Of a stretch of 64,000 nt of DNA, positions 20,889 to 29,683 are shown piece by piece. Every line of letters begins with the position of its first letter. The stretch's first letter is position 1. Location of the stretch: positions 90,369-154,368 of the forward strand of contig JBEPZV010000003.1 of the NCBI GenBank assembly GCA_041640655.1, in the 5' to 3' direction. Source of the DNA: a bacterium. Lineage in GTDB: Bacteria > Acidobacteriota > Blastocatellia > HR10. A model generated the notes under the pieces. That model was not told where the DNA came from. It worked only from the letters and a program-made list of their open reading frames with translations, and made no database searches. The position numbers and the translations under genes were made by a program.

Positions 20889-20960
20889 TGGGGGCTATGG
20901 AACAAAGTCACCGTGAGCGCGCGGCAGCAAATGCCTTCCTCAGAGCGCGCGCGCCAAGAC

Positions 20961-21170
20961 TCAGGACGGCGGTGCCCCCTCATGGGGACTGCTCGGCTTG
21001 TCCTCCAGCTTCTTCGCCTCGGCCGTGCCCTCCTTGAAGGCGCGAATGCTTTGCCCAAGACTGCGGGCCAATTCGGGCAACCGCTTCGCCCCGAAGAGCA
21101 GGACGAGGATGAAGAGGATGATGAGCAACTCCGGCAGCCCCAGATTTCCGAAGACGAAAGCTGGCTTCAT
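20961..21170 (-). CDS. tatA: Twin-arginine translocase TatA/E subunit
   Basis: GLPELLIILFILVLLFGAKRLPELARSLGQSIRAFKEG. Confidence 0.95.
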   Translation of the reverse strand: MKPAFVFGNLGLPELLIILFILVLLFGAKRLPELARSLGQSIRAFKEGTAEAKKLEDKPSSPHEGAPPS

Positions 21171-21275
21171 GCTCGCTCTCCCTTCGCACTCTGCGCCTTT
21201 ATCTTACCCACTCCGAGCGCGCGCCGTCAATTGCCGGGAATTGTCGCGGGCGCGGTCTCCGATGGCCTCGCCCTC

Positions 21276-21307
21276 TTGACAACGGAAAATGATTCTTATT
21301 TAATAAT
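21276..21307 (+). promoter_or_regulatory. Promoter with overlapping Fur/PerR-like box
   Basis: TTGACA at 21276; AT-rich near-palindrome AAATGA-TTC-TTATTT (21287-21301) upstream of iron/peroxide genes. Confidence 0.6.
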
Positions 21308-21353
21308 CGTCTTGAATTCGCACGCCGACACTTGCTGAAAGGAGGAGGGAACT

Positions 21354-21803
21354 ATGGCGAAGTCGTTGCAAGGAACCAAGAGCTTGGAGAACCTCAAGCA
21401 TGCGTTCGCCGGCGAGTCGCAAGCGAACCGCCGGTATCTCTATTTCGCCCGCATCGCGGATATCGAGGGGTATCCGGAGATCGGCGGGCTCTTCCGGGAT
21501 ACGGCCGAGGCCGAGACCGGTCATGCCTTCGGGCATCTCGACTTCCTGAAGGAGGTCGGGGACCCGGTGACGGGTGTGCCCTTTGGCAAGACCGAGCAGA
21601 ATTTGAAGTCGGCCATCGAGGGTGAGACCTACGAATACACGGAGATGTATCCCGGGTTCGCGCGCACGGCGCGCGAGGAGGGATTTGAGGAACTGGCCGA
21701 GTGGTTCGAGACGCTCGCGCGCGCGGAGAAGTCCCACGCGGCGCGCTTCACCAAGGGCCTGCAGCAGATCGCGGGTAAGGAGCCGGCGGAGTCGCTGGCG
21801 TGA
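21354..21803 (+). CDS. rbr: Rubrerythrin (no rubredoxin domain)
   Basis: AFAGESQANRRYLYFA, ETGHA, GETYEYTEMYP, AEKSH. Confidence 0.95.
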   Translation: MAKSLQGTKSLENLKHAFAGESQANRRYLYFARIADIEGYPEIGGLFRDTAEAETGHAFGHLDFLKEVGDPVTGVPFGKTEQNLKSAIEGETYEYTEMYPGFARTAREEGFEELAEWFETLARAEKSHAARFTKGLQQIAGKEPAESLA

Positions 21804-21949
21804 GCGTCCGGGAAGCTCTCGATCGGTCGCGAGCCGATCGAGGGCTTCTGGTCGGCCCCGCCTTCTGTCGCAGGAGTGATCTCCCGGACGATGGTTTCGG
21901 GAGGAGAGAAGACGGCATCCCGAGGTGGATGCGTCCATGAGGAGAGAAC

Positions 21950-23236
21950 ATGGGTTTTGATCTGGCATCGCCGGACTTCTGGAATCGGGAGGCGCTGGAG
22001 GCCGAGTTGCGCCGCGTCTTCGATATCTGCCACGGCTGTCGGCGCTGCTTCAACCTCTGTCCCTCGTTCAATGTCCTCTTCGAGCTGATTGACGCCAAAG
22101 GCGAAGAGGTCGCCAACCTCACCCGCGCGGATTTCACGCGGATCGTGGATCTCTGCTATCAGTGCAAGCTCTGCTTCAATCACTGTCCGTACACCCCGCC
22201 GCACCGCTGGGATATTGATTTCCCTCGGCTCATGCTGCGAGCCAAGGCCGTGGAGGCGCGCGAGCGGGGGATCACGCGGCAGGATCGGTGGCTGGGGCGC
22301 ACCGACGCGCTGGGACGTTTGGGGAGCCGATGGGCGCCCCTGGTGAATCTGGCCAATCGCTGGCGACCCGTCCGCGTGCTCCTGGAGAAGGTGATCGGCA
22401 TTCATCGAGATCGGAATCTGCCCGAGTATCATCGCGAGACGTTTCTCCGGTGGTTCCGCGCGTATGAACGGCGGCGAGTTGGCGCGCGCTCGGGAAATGG
22501 GAAGGTGGCGCTCTTCTACACGTGCTATGTCAACTATCACGATCCGGCCGTCGGGCGGGCCACCGTGCGGGTCCTCGAACGCAATGGGCTGGAGGTCGCC
22601 GTCCCGGCGCAGCGGTGTTGTGGCATGCCCTTCTTGGACGGAGGCGACATCGAGTCGGCGCTCGCCAATGCGCGGGAGAACGTGCGGACGCTCATCGAAT
22701 TCGTCCGAAATGGATACGATGTGGTGATCCCCGGACCGACCTGCAGTTACATGTTGAAGCACGAGTATCCCGTCCTCCTCAAAGGTGAGGACGTTCGTCG
22801 CGTCGCCGAACGCAGCTTCGACCTCGGCGAGTATCTCATGAAGCTTCACAGCGAAGGGCGGCTCGATACTCGTTTCGACCGGGCGGCTCCGCAGCGGATC
22901 GCCTATCATCTCCCCTGTCACCTGCGCGCTCAGAACATCGGCTACAAGTCGCGGGACCTCATGCACCTGATCCCCGGAACGCGCGTTCAGGTGATCGAGC
23001 GATGCGCGGGGATTGATGGAACGTGGGGGCTCAAACGGGAATATTATCCCCTCTCGCTCAAAGTCGCCGACAAGCTCTTCCGTGAGATCGAAGGCGAACC
23101 GTTCGATCTGGTCGTCTCCGACTGTCCGCTGGCGGGATTGCAGATCGCGCAGGGAACCCGGAGGCGTCCCCTCCACCCCATTCAGGTCCTGGCGCGCGCC
23201 TATGGTTTAGAAGATGAGGGAGGAGAGCGACCATGA
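21950..23236 (+). CDS. Rubrerythrin-associated Fe-S oxidoreductase (GlpC/CCG domain)
   Basis: CHGCRRCFNLC, CYQCKLCFNHCP, CCGMP, PCH, CAG, SDCP. Confidence 0.9.
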   Translation: MGFDLASPDFWNREALEAELRRVFDICHGCRRCFNLCPSFNVLFELIDAKGEEVANLTRADFTRIVDLCYQCKLCFNHCPYTPPHRWDIDFPRLMLRAKAVEARERGITRQDRWLGRTDALGRLGSRWAPLVNLANRWRPVRVLLEKVIGIHRDRNLPEYHRETFLRWFRAYERRRVGARSGNGKVALFYTCYVNYHDPAVGRATVRVLERNGLEVAVPAQRCCGMPFLDGGDIESALANARENVRTLIEFVRNGYDVVIPGPTCSYMLKHEYPVLLKGEDVRRVAERSFDLGEYLMKLHSEGRLDTRFDRAAPQRIAYHLPCHLRAQNIGYKSRDLMHLIPGTRVQVIERCAGIDGTWGLKREYYPLSLKVADKLFREIEGEPFDLVVSDCPLAGLQIAQGTRRRPLHPIQVLARAYGLEDEGGERP

Positions 23237-23817
23237 GGAAGATCACACGGGATGATGTGCGCGACATCGCCGAATACGAGAAGATCCGCCATCAATTTCG
23301 GCGCGCGATCATCGAATTGAAGAAGAAGCGGCGCGTTCAGGTGGGGGATATCGTGACCCTCGTCTTCGAGAATCGCGAGACCGTCCTCTTCCAAATTCAA
23401 GAGATGATGCGCGCCGAGCGCATCGTCCACGAGGACAAGATCCAGCAGGAGATTGACATCTACAACGAGCTGATCCCCGAGGACAACGAGCTGAGCGCGA
23501 CCATGCTCATCGAAATTGATGATCTCCAGGTGCTGCGCCAGTGGTTGCCGAAACTCGTCGGCATCGAGGAGCAGGTCTGGTTGCGCATCGGGGATCGGCA
23601 TGTGATCCGAGCGCTGTACGAACCGGGCCGCAGTCGGGAGGATAAGACGAGCACGGTGCATTACGTGCGGTTTCGGCTGAGCCCTGAGGAGATTCGCGCC
23701 TTCAAGGATGAGGCGCAGCCGGTCGTGCTCGCCATCACGCACGAGAATTATCACGCGGAAGCGGCGATCCCCGTGGAGGTCCGGCGGGCCTTGGCCGAGG
23801 ATCTGGTGCTCGAGTGA
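23233..23817 (+). CDS. DUF3501 family protein
   Basis: FEN.ETV..QIQEM.RAE, YNELIP, ATMLIE, STVHYVRF; standard partner of rbr and RFO. Confidence 0.88.
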   Translation: MRKITRDDVRDIAEYEKIRHQFRRAIIELKKKRRVQVGDIVTLVFENRETVLFQIQEMMRAERIVHEDKIQQEIDIYNELIPEDNELSATMLIEIDDLQVLRQWLPKLVGIEEQVWLRIGDRHVIRALYEPGRSREDKTSTVHYVRFRLSPEEIRAFKDEAQPVVLAITHENYHAEAAIPVEVRRALAEDLVLE

Positions 23818-23848
23818 GCGCTCGGAGATTGCGGCAGGAGGTGTGCCG

Positions 23849-24328
23849 ATGAAACCGAACATTGGTCTCTCGGAGAAGCAACGCGCGGGGGTCGTGGAGA
23901 TCCTCAATACGCTCCTGGCCGATGAGTATGTCCTCTACACGAAGACGCGGAACTATCACTGGAACGTCGTCGGGCCGCGCTTCAACGAGCTGCATCGGTT
24001 CTTCCAAGAGCAATACGAGGCGCTCGACGAGGTGGTGGATGAGGTGGCCGAGCGCGTGCGCGCGCTCGGTGGTGAAGCCCTGGGGACGTTGACGGAGTTC
24101 CTCAAGCGGACGCGGCTCAAGGAGCATCCGGGGAAGTACCCTGAAGCGCGCGCCATGCTCGCTAATCTCCTCGAGGATCACGAGGCGATCATTCGCCATC
24201 TGCGGGCGGACCTGGAGACGTGCGCCGAGAAGTATCGCGACATGGGGACGAACGATTTCCTGACCGAACTGATGCAGCGGCATGAGAAGATGGCCTGGAT
24301 GCTTCGCGCGTTCCTCGAAGAGGAGTAA
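23849..24328 (+). CDS. dps: Dps DNA protection / mini-ferritin
   Basis: HWNVVG.RF..LH..F, DEVAERVR.LG, HEKMAWMLR. Confidence 0.95.
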   Translation: MKPNIGLSEKQRAGVVEILNTLLADEYVLYTKTRNYHWNVVGPRFNELHRFFQEQYEALDEVVDEVAERVRALGGEALGTLTEFLKRTRLKEHPGKYPEARAMLANLLEDHEAIIRHLRADLETCAEKYRDMGTNDFLTELMQRHEKMAWMLRAFLEEE

Positions 24329-24366
24329 GCGAGCCCCTGGAGGCCTTCTTCTCCCTGAGGCGTTTT

Positions 24367-25089
24367 GTGCGCGAGCCGTCCATCCGGCGGATCCGGTGCT
24401 GGAGCGTGGGGATCGGCGTCCTGCTGGTGGCGGGTCTCATTCGGACCCACGCCGCATGGGGACAGCGGACGCCGACATTCCGGGCGCTCTCCGGCTACGT
24501 CGTGGACGAGCAGTTCTCGGCCTTGCGGCGCGAGCCCGCGCTGAAGGGGCGCATCATCCAGCGGCTGCGCCTCGGACGATGGGTCGCCGTCTTGAACGAG
24601 CGGCGTCAGGTTGACGGTGTGACGTTCTATCGCGTGGCGACGACACGGCGCACGCGCGGCTGGCTCCATGAGTGGGCGATCGTTATGCCGGCGCGTCGCG
24701 GTGACGATCGCCGCCTGCTCGAATTGATCGAGCAGGCGGAAGGGTTCCGTCGGTTGCAGCTCGCCCGCATTCTGATCGCGCATTTCGAGCGCTCGCCGCT
24801 TCGTCCGCGAGCGCTCGTGATCTTCGCCGAAGAGGCGGAGCGCGCGGCTCAGGAGCTGACGGCTCATCTCAAACGACGATTTCGCGATCTCGATGCGGAG
24901 GTGGCCCTTCGACGTCAACTCTATCTCAACGATGTGAGCCTCGATCGGTATAACCGCTTGGGGATCACCTTCGATTACGATGAGCGCGAGGATCGGCTCC
25001 GCTATGACGGCTGGGCCTATCGCGAGCTTCTCGCCCGGTATCCGCGAAGCGCGGAGGCGGCCCTGGTGCGTGAACGCCTGAGGCCATAG
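24367..25089 (+). CDS. Exported hypothetical protein with SH3b-like domain
   Basis: Signal peptide, ALRREP...FYRV...RGW pattern. Confidence 0.65.
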   Translation: MREPSIRRIRCWSVGIGVLLVAGLIRTHAAWGQRTPTFRALSGYVVDEQFSALRREPALKGRIIQRLRLGRWVAVLNERRQVDGVTFYRVATTRRTRGWLHEWAIVMPARRGDDRRLLELIEQAEGFRRLQLARILIAHFERSPLRPRALVIFAEEAERAAQELTAHLKRRFRDLDAEVALRRQLYLNDVSLDRYNRLGITFDYDEREDRLRYDGWAYRELLARYPRSAEAALVRERLRP

Positions 25090-25167
25090 CCTCGGTTGCC
25101 CCATATCGGGATTTCCTGCTATCTTTCGCCGAGCGCGAAGCATCATGACAAAGGAGGGATGCGTGCT

Positions 25168-25356
25168 ATGCCATCGGGAATTTGCCCGGAATGCGATGGT
25201 GAGGTGCATGTCTCATCGGACGTCGAGATTGGGGATTTCGTGACGTGTCCGGAGTGCGAGGCCGAGTTGGAGGTGATCGAGGTGGATCCGTTGGAATTCG
25301 AAGTGGCCTCGGAGCCGGAGGAGGATTTCCTGGAGGAGGAGGACGAGGAGTGGTGA
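25168..25356 (+). CDS. LysW-like zinc-ribbon protein with acidic tail
   Basis: CPEC...CPECEAELEV...P; ends EEEDEEW instead of EDWGE. Confidence 0.75.
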   Translation: MPSGICPECDGEVHVSSDVEIGDFVTCPECEAELEVIEVDPLEFEVASEPEEDFLEEEDEEW

Positions 25357-25360
25357 CCGA

Positions 25361-26314
25361 TCACCCTTGAGGGGCGAGATAGCCCCGCCGACTCTGCCGC
25401 ACGATGAGGCCCGGACGACGGACCGTCACCGTGATCTGGTGGAATCGTCCATCCTGTCGGTGCTCCAAGGGGGGATAGTACGCGAGGGTGTAACTGGCGC
25501 GGATCTCCTCGGCGATGGCTCGAAAGATGGGGGTGAAGTCGCGCTCCTCGGCCGAGAAATCACGCCCACCCGTTTGCCGCACAATTCCTGAGGCATCGAG
25601 CAAAGTGGGGACGCGCCTCCGCCCGGTGACCGAGAGGACATAGGAGGGCAACGTGATCGAGTAGATCGTCACGTCAGCGGCATTCGCCCGGTGGATCACC
25701 TCGGTGTGAGGGATCGTGCTCGTGTAATCGAATCCATCGGTGATGACGATGATGACGCGGCGGACTGTCCGCCCATCGCGCCGTCGCGGGGCGTCGCGGC
25801 TCAACAGGGTGATGGCTCGATCCAGCGCATCATAGAGGCGTGTTCGTCCGCCGACCTCGCGGGCCCTCTCGAACGCGCGCTCGATGCGGGTGGGATCACT
25901 CGTGAACTTCTGAAAGATGCGGATGCGATCGTTGAAGCCGATGACGGCGAAGACGGACCCCGGATGGATCAGGCTGATGAACTGGCGCGCCGCGTGCTGC
26001 TGCTCGGCGATTTGCGGGCCGACGCTGCCCGAGGTATCCAGAGCGAAGACGACGGCCAGGGGGCGAGAGAGTTCGGGTCGAATCTGCGCCTCGAAGAAGG
26101 CGATCGGTTGCGGGATCCCGTCATGCCACAACTCGAAGTCCTCTTTCTGAAGATCGGTCACGTAGTTCCCTTCGGCGTCCAGGACAGTGACCTCCACCGT
26201 CACGAGATCGCTCCGCAGGGCGATTTGCGCAGATGCTCCTCTCGTCCCCAAGGTGAGGAGCACAAGCAGGAGCCCGCTCACCATGCGCCACACTCCGCTC
26301 GCCACGCCGAACAT
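25361..26314 (-). CDS. VWA domain protein (acidobacterial VWFA type)
   Basis: DTSGS MIDAS, TRLYDA, ITDG, TGGR, YTLAYYP...R.GY. Confidence 0.9.
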   Translation of the reverse strand: MFGVASGVWRMVSGLLLVLLTLGTRGASAQIALRSDLVTVEVTVLDAEGNYVTDLQKEDFELWHDGIPQPIAFFEAQIRPELSRPLAVVFALDTSGSVGPQIAEQQHAARQFISLIHPGSVFAVIGFNDRIRIFQKFTSDPTRIERAFERAREVGGRTRLYDALDRAITLLSRDAPRRRDGRTVRRVIIVITDGFDYTSTIPHTEVIHRANAADVTIYSITLPSYVLSVTGRRRVPTLLDASGIVRQTGGRDFSAEERDFTPIFRAIAEEIRASYTLAYYPPLEHRQDGRFHQITVTVRRPGLIVRQSRRGYLAPQG

Positions 26315-26436
26315 CTTAGCAAATCTCGCGGGGATCTGCAGGGCGCAACGCCTCGTTCGAACTCGCCCTCTCGGCCGAGACGCTTTGCGCTCGCGGTGAG
26401 CTATGCTATGCTTTTCCCCCGCATGGAGATGGAGCG

Positions 26437-27081
26437 ATGAGGCGAGCGGCCTGGGGGCTCACTCTTGTTCTCAGTCTCTCGCTCTCTGTGGCAGGAGCGA
26501 TTCAGGAGATCTCTCGGCGTGGAGGGATCACCGGGTGGGTGAAGGACGAGCAGGGGCAACCGGTGGCGCGCGCGAAGGCTCGCGCCATTGAACCCAGGAC
26601 GAATCGAACTGTTGCCGAGGCGATGACCGATGAGGAGGGGAAGTTCGTCCTCTCGAACCTCACTCCCGGTCGCTATGCGCTTCTGGTCTCATCTCCTGAT
26701 CATGAGCCGGCTCTCGTTCGATCCGTTGAGGTCAAGTCCGGGCAGGAGACGGTGCTCAAATCCCCCGTTCGACTCCGGCGGGCCGAAGCCTATGCGGTGA
26801 TCAGCGGAGCGACGTTTGATCCGAACGGGTTCCTTCTGCCGGGCGTTCGCGTCGTGCTCGAGCGCCTCCCGCTGGACGCGGAGAAGGTGCCGCCGCTTCG
26901 GCTGGAGCAGGTCTCCAACTCCAGCGGGGAATTCGCGTTCCGCGTCCCGGGCGAGCGCGGTCGCTATCGTCTCACGGCGACGGCGCGCGGTTATGAGCCG
27001 GACGTCCAAATCGTAGAGGTGGGCGGATTAGAGCGCCGTCGCGTCGCCCTGCGGTTGAAGGCACGCCCTCGCGAGAAGTGA
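26437..27081 (+). CDS. Exported protein with two carboxypeptidase-regulatory-like domains
   Basis: ITG.VKDEQGQPV..A.A...TDEEGKF..L.PGRY; second repeat SSGEFAF...Y.LTATARGYEP. Confidence 0.85.
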   Translation: MRRAAWGLTLVLSLSLSVAGAIQEISRRGGITGWVKDEQGQPVARAKARAIEPRTNRTVAEAMTDEEGKFVLSNLTPGRYALLVSSPDHEPALVRSVEVKSGQETVLKSPVRLRRAEAYAVISGATFDPNGFLLPGVRVVLERLPLDAEKVPPLRLEQVSNSSGEFAFRVPGERGRYRLTATARGYEPDVQIVEVGGLERRRVALRLKARPREK

Positions 27082-27085
27082 AGCG

Positions 27086-27337
27086 ATGGAGAAGCGGACG
27101 GAATTTCTGACAGCGAAGCAGTTGGCCGAGCTGCTTCAGGTCAGCGAGGCGACGATTCACCGCTTGCGGCGCCGTGGGCGAATCCCGGCCATCGTGCTCA
27201 CCAAGCGCCTGATTCGATTCAATCTGCGCGATGTCAAGGCGGCTCTCGGCTGCGGGCGCGGCCGCGCGGCGGAGGAGGAGCCGCCCTCGGCCGAGCAGCT
27301 CTCGTTCGACGACGTCTTCGCGGGGTTTCGGAATTAA
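27086..27337 (+). CDS. Excisionase-like (HTH_17) DNA-binding protein
   Basis: FLTAKQLAELLQVSEATIHRL...GRIPA...IRF. Confidence 0.85.
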   Translation: MEKRTEFLTAKQLAELLQVSEATIHRLRRRGRIPAIVLTKRLIRFNLRDVKAALGCGRGRAAEEEPPSAEQLSFDDVFAGFRN

Positions 27338-27349
27338 GCAACATTTTCG

Positions 27350-27378
27350 TTGACAAACTCTCCGATGGCCTCTATCAT
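27350..27378 (+). promoter_or_regulatory. Sigma70-type promoter
   Basis: TTGACA-17 nt-TATCAT. Confidence 0.7.
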
Positions 27379-27518
27379 CTCTCGGCGTGAGGCCCACCAT
27401 GTTCGCGAGGCCGGTGAAACGCGGATGGAGTGGCGTCCGAGCCCTGTGGGGCTGTGCCGGCCGAGGTCGGCCCGAGCCGAGCAGACTCCGAGGCCGATTC
27501 GGATAGAAAGGAGGCGAT

Positions 27519-28331
27519 ATGGCGACACTGGGGCTCGTCGCAGGAGTGGTGCTGCTGATGTGGATTGTCGGGCCGGAGCCCGAAAGCTCTACGTTTCACG
27601 CTCCGGATGCCACGGCGACGTTCAAGATCTTCCTTCGATGGGCGCACTTCGTCGCGGGGATCACCTGGATCGGGCTCCTCTATTTCTTCAACCTGGTGAA
27701 CGTGCCGTTTCTGCAGCGGCTCGATCCGCAGACGCGGGGGAAGGTCGTCCCGATCCTCATGCCGCGAGCCCTGTGGTTCTTCCGCTGGGGCGCGATCGTG
27801 ACCGTCTTGGTCGGGTTGACCTACTATGCGATGTACATCCTCCATACGGAGGCCCAGAATGCGGGGATCGGCACCTGGAGCACGCTCTTCAAATGGCTGG
27901 CCATTGTGGTGGTGACGTGGGGGATCATCTACGCGCTGCTGCAGCCGGTCTCGGGGGCGCTCAATAAGGGCTGGGTCCTCGCGGTCATCGTCATCGCGCT
28001 GATCCTGGTCATGTCGGGGGTGATCATCCGGATGCTCAGCGCGCCTGGTCCCACGGGGGAGACGCTCGGCAACAAATCGCTCTCCATTGGTCTGGGCGGC
28101 GGGTACGGGATCATCATGCTCTTGAACGTGTGGGGGGTGATCTGGCGGGCGCAGAAGCGGATCATCGCCTGGACCAAGGAGAGCGCGGAGCAGGGGACGC
28201 CCATGCCGCCGGAGTCGGCCAAGCTCGCGCGGCGAGCCTTCTTGGCGTCGCGCATGAACGCGTGGCTCTCGCTCCCGATGCTCTTCTTCATGGGGACGTC
28301 TCACGGCGACTACATCTGGTTCGCGAAGTAA
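27519..28331 (+). CDS. Urate_ox_N/PuuD-like integral membrane protein lacking cytochrome c domain
   Basis: RWAHFVAGITWIGLLYFFN, ALWFFRWGA, IMLLNVWGVIW.AQK, SRMNAWLSLPMLFFM; no CxxCH. Confidence 0.82.
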   Translation: MATLGLVAGVVLLMWIVGPEPESSTFHAPDATATFKIFLRWAHFVAGITWIGLLYFFNLVNVPFLQRLDPQTRGKVVPILMPRALWFFRWGAIVTVLVGLTYYAMYILHTEAQNAGIGTWSTLFKWLAIVVVTWGIIYALLQPVSGALNKGWVLAVIVIALILVMSGVIIRMLSAPGPTGETLGNKSLSIGLGGGYGIIMLLNVWGVIWRAQKRIIAWTKESAEQGTPMPPESAKLARRAFLASRMNAWLSLPMLFFMGTSHGDYIWFAK

Positions 28332-28439
28332 CTGTCGGCTGCAGGCGGTGAACGTGCGTGAGGCGCGGGAGCCCGCCTCGCGCGGACAGGGCGGGCTTCA
28401 AGAGGGGTGTGTGCGCAATAGGTCAGAGGAGGGGAGAGG

Positions 28440-28766
28440 ATGAGCCGATATTTGATCGTCACCAGTCGCGACCTTCACGAGTATGCGAGCAGCTCGTACA
28501 TTCTGGAGCTGGCGGGATCGTTGAAGAATCGCGGGCACGAGGTCACGCTCTATCTGGTCGAGAACGGCGTCCTCGCTGCTCGAAAGGGGGCGCAGCTGGC
28601 CGCGCGGTTGAACGAGCTGAGTCGGGCGGGCGTGACGGTGCTCGCCGAGGACGTCTCGGCCAAGGCCCGGGGCATCGAGCAGTTGGCCGAGGGCGTGCGC
28701 CTCTCGAACATGGATGAGTTGGCGGACCTTGTCGTGGACGGCTGCGACAAGGTCATCTGGTATTAG
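28440..28766 (+). CDS. DsrE/DsrH-family protein
   Basis: HEVTLYLVENGV, SAKARGI, C-terminal KVIWY. Confidence 0.8.
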   Translation: MSRYLIVTSRDLHEYASSSYILELAGSLKNRGHEVTLYLVENGVLAARKGAQLAARLNELSRAGVTVLAEDVSAKARGIEQLAEGVRLSNMDELADLVVDGCDKVIWY

Positions 28767-28848
28767 CGCACCCCGCGAGGGGGCGCGTCTTGATCCGCGC
28801 GAGGTGATCCTCGGCGCGGGGATCTCGAGGAGGGAGGAGGTGAGCGTC

Positions 28849-29274
28849 ATGGCGCAACCCAATGGCGCGAAGACCGTCGCCATCGTCCTGGCGACCGGAT
28901 CCTACGAGCGCGAGGCTCCGACGACCGTCCTCCGCTTGGCGGAGAAGTTGCTGCAGCGGGGGGTCAACGTCAACGTGTGGGCATTTGAAGAAGCCGTCAC
29001 GCTGACCAATAAGGACCAGATTGATCACAGCGAGCCCGGTGCCCTGCAAGGCATCCTGGGCGAGAAGCACTCGCACGTGAGCAAGTACATTGACATGCTG
29101 CTGCGCGCGGGACTGCATGGGGCGAAGCTCGACTGGGTCTCGTGTATCCTCTGTGTGCAGGAGCGCGGCGTGGAGAAGCACCAGATGAATGCGGTGACGA
29201 TCGGAACGCTCGGTGACCTCTGGAAGTTCATCCGGGCGGCCGATCGCGTCATCACGATTCCCTCGTATCGGTGA
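28849..29274 (+). CDS. DsrE/TusD-like sulfurtransferase subunit
   Basis: WAFEEAV, SCILCVQERG (Cys at the DsrE active-site position), ADRVITI. Confidence 0.8.
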   Translation: MAQPNGAKTVAIVLATGSYEREAPTTVLRLAEKLLQRGVNVNVWAFEEAVTLTNKDQIDHSEPGALQGILGEKHSHVSKYIDMLLRAGLHGAKLDWVSCILCVQERGVEKHQMNAVTIGTLGDLWKFIRAADRVITIPSYR

Positions 29275-29293
29275 TCGGGGGTGAGGAGGGGCT

Positions 29294-29683
29294 ATGGCGG
29301 ATAAGACGCTCGTGATCTTCGAGAAGCCGATCTACTTGTGCATGGAGCCGGTGGATCCACACCTGTTCGCCACGGCCTTCGGCGTGGTGGAGACGCCGGT
29401 CCAGGTGAACGTCCTGCTGCGCGATTCGGCCGTGACGTATGCCGTCGAGCGCCAGGACCTGAAGGGGGCGAAGATTCTCGGCGTGGATGTGCAGGAGTTC
29501 GACACCAACCCGGCTCGCGTCGTGAAGTTCATGCTGGAGCACGGGGGACAGGTCTACGTCGTGCGCGAGGATGCCGAAGCGCGGGGGATCGCGCCCACCG
29601 ATCTCGTCTCGGGCGTTCAACTCGTCTCGCGCGAGGAGACGGTAGGATTGATCGAGAACCACGATGCCGTGATGGTCTGGTGA
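29294..29683 (+). CDS. DsrF/TusC-like protein
   Basis: VNVLLRDSAVTYA, VYVVREDAEARGI...LVSGV, HDAVMVW. Confidence 0.78.
   Translation: MADKTLVIFEKPIYLCMEPVDPHLFATAFGVVETPVQVNVLLRDSAVTYAVERQDLKGAKILGVDVQEFDTNPARVVKFMLEHGGQVYVVREDAEARGIAPTDLVSGVQLVSREETVGLIENHDAVMVW

Noticed and set aside
21801..21850. Possible SECIS / Sec read-through at the rubrerythrin TGA
   Set aside because: The protein is complete at the stop, no Cys is expected there, and the read-through peptide is not protein-like.
27086..27337. Excisionase-like HTH as sign of a prophage or ICE
   Set aside because: No integrase, att repeat, phage gene or compositional shift nearby.
28767..28830. Two GC hairpins between the DsrE genes as REP-like repeats
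   Set aside because: No further copies noticed; short GC-rich stems can arise by chance.
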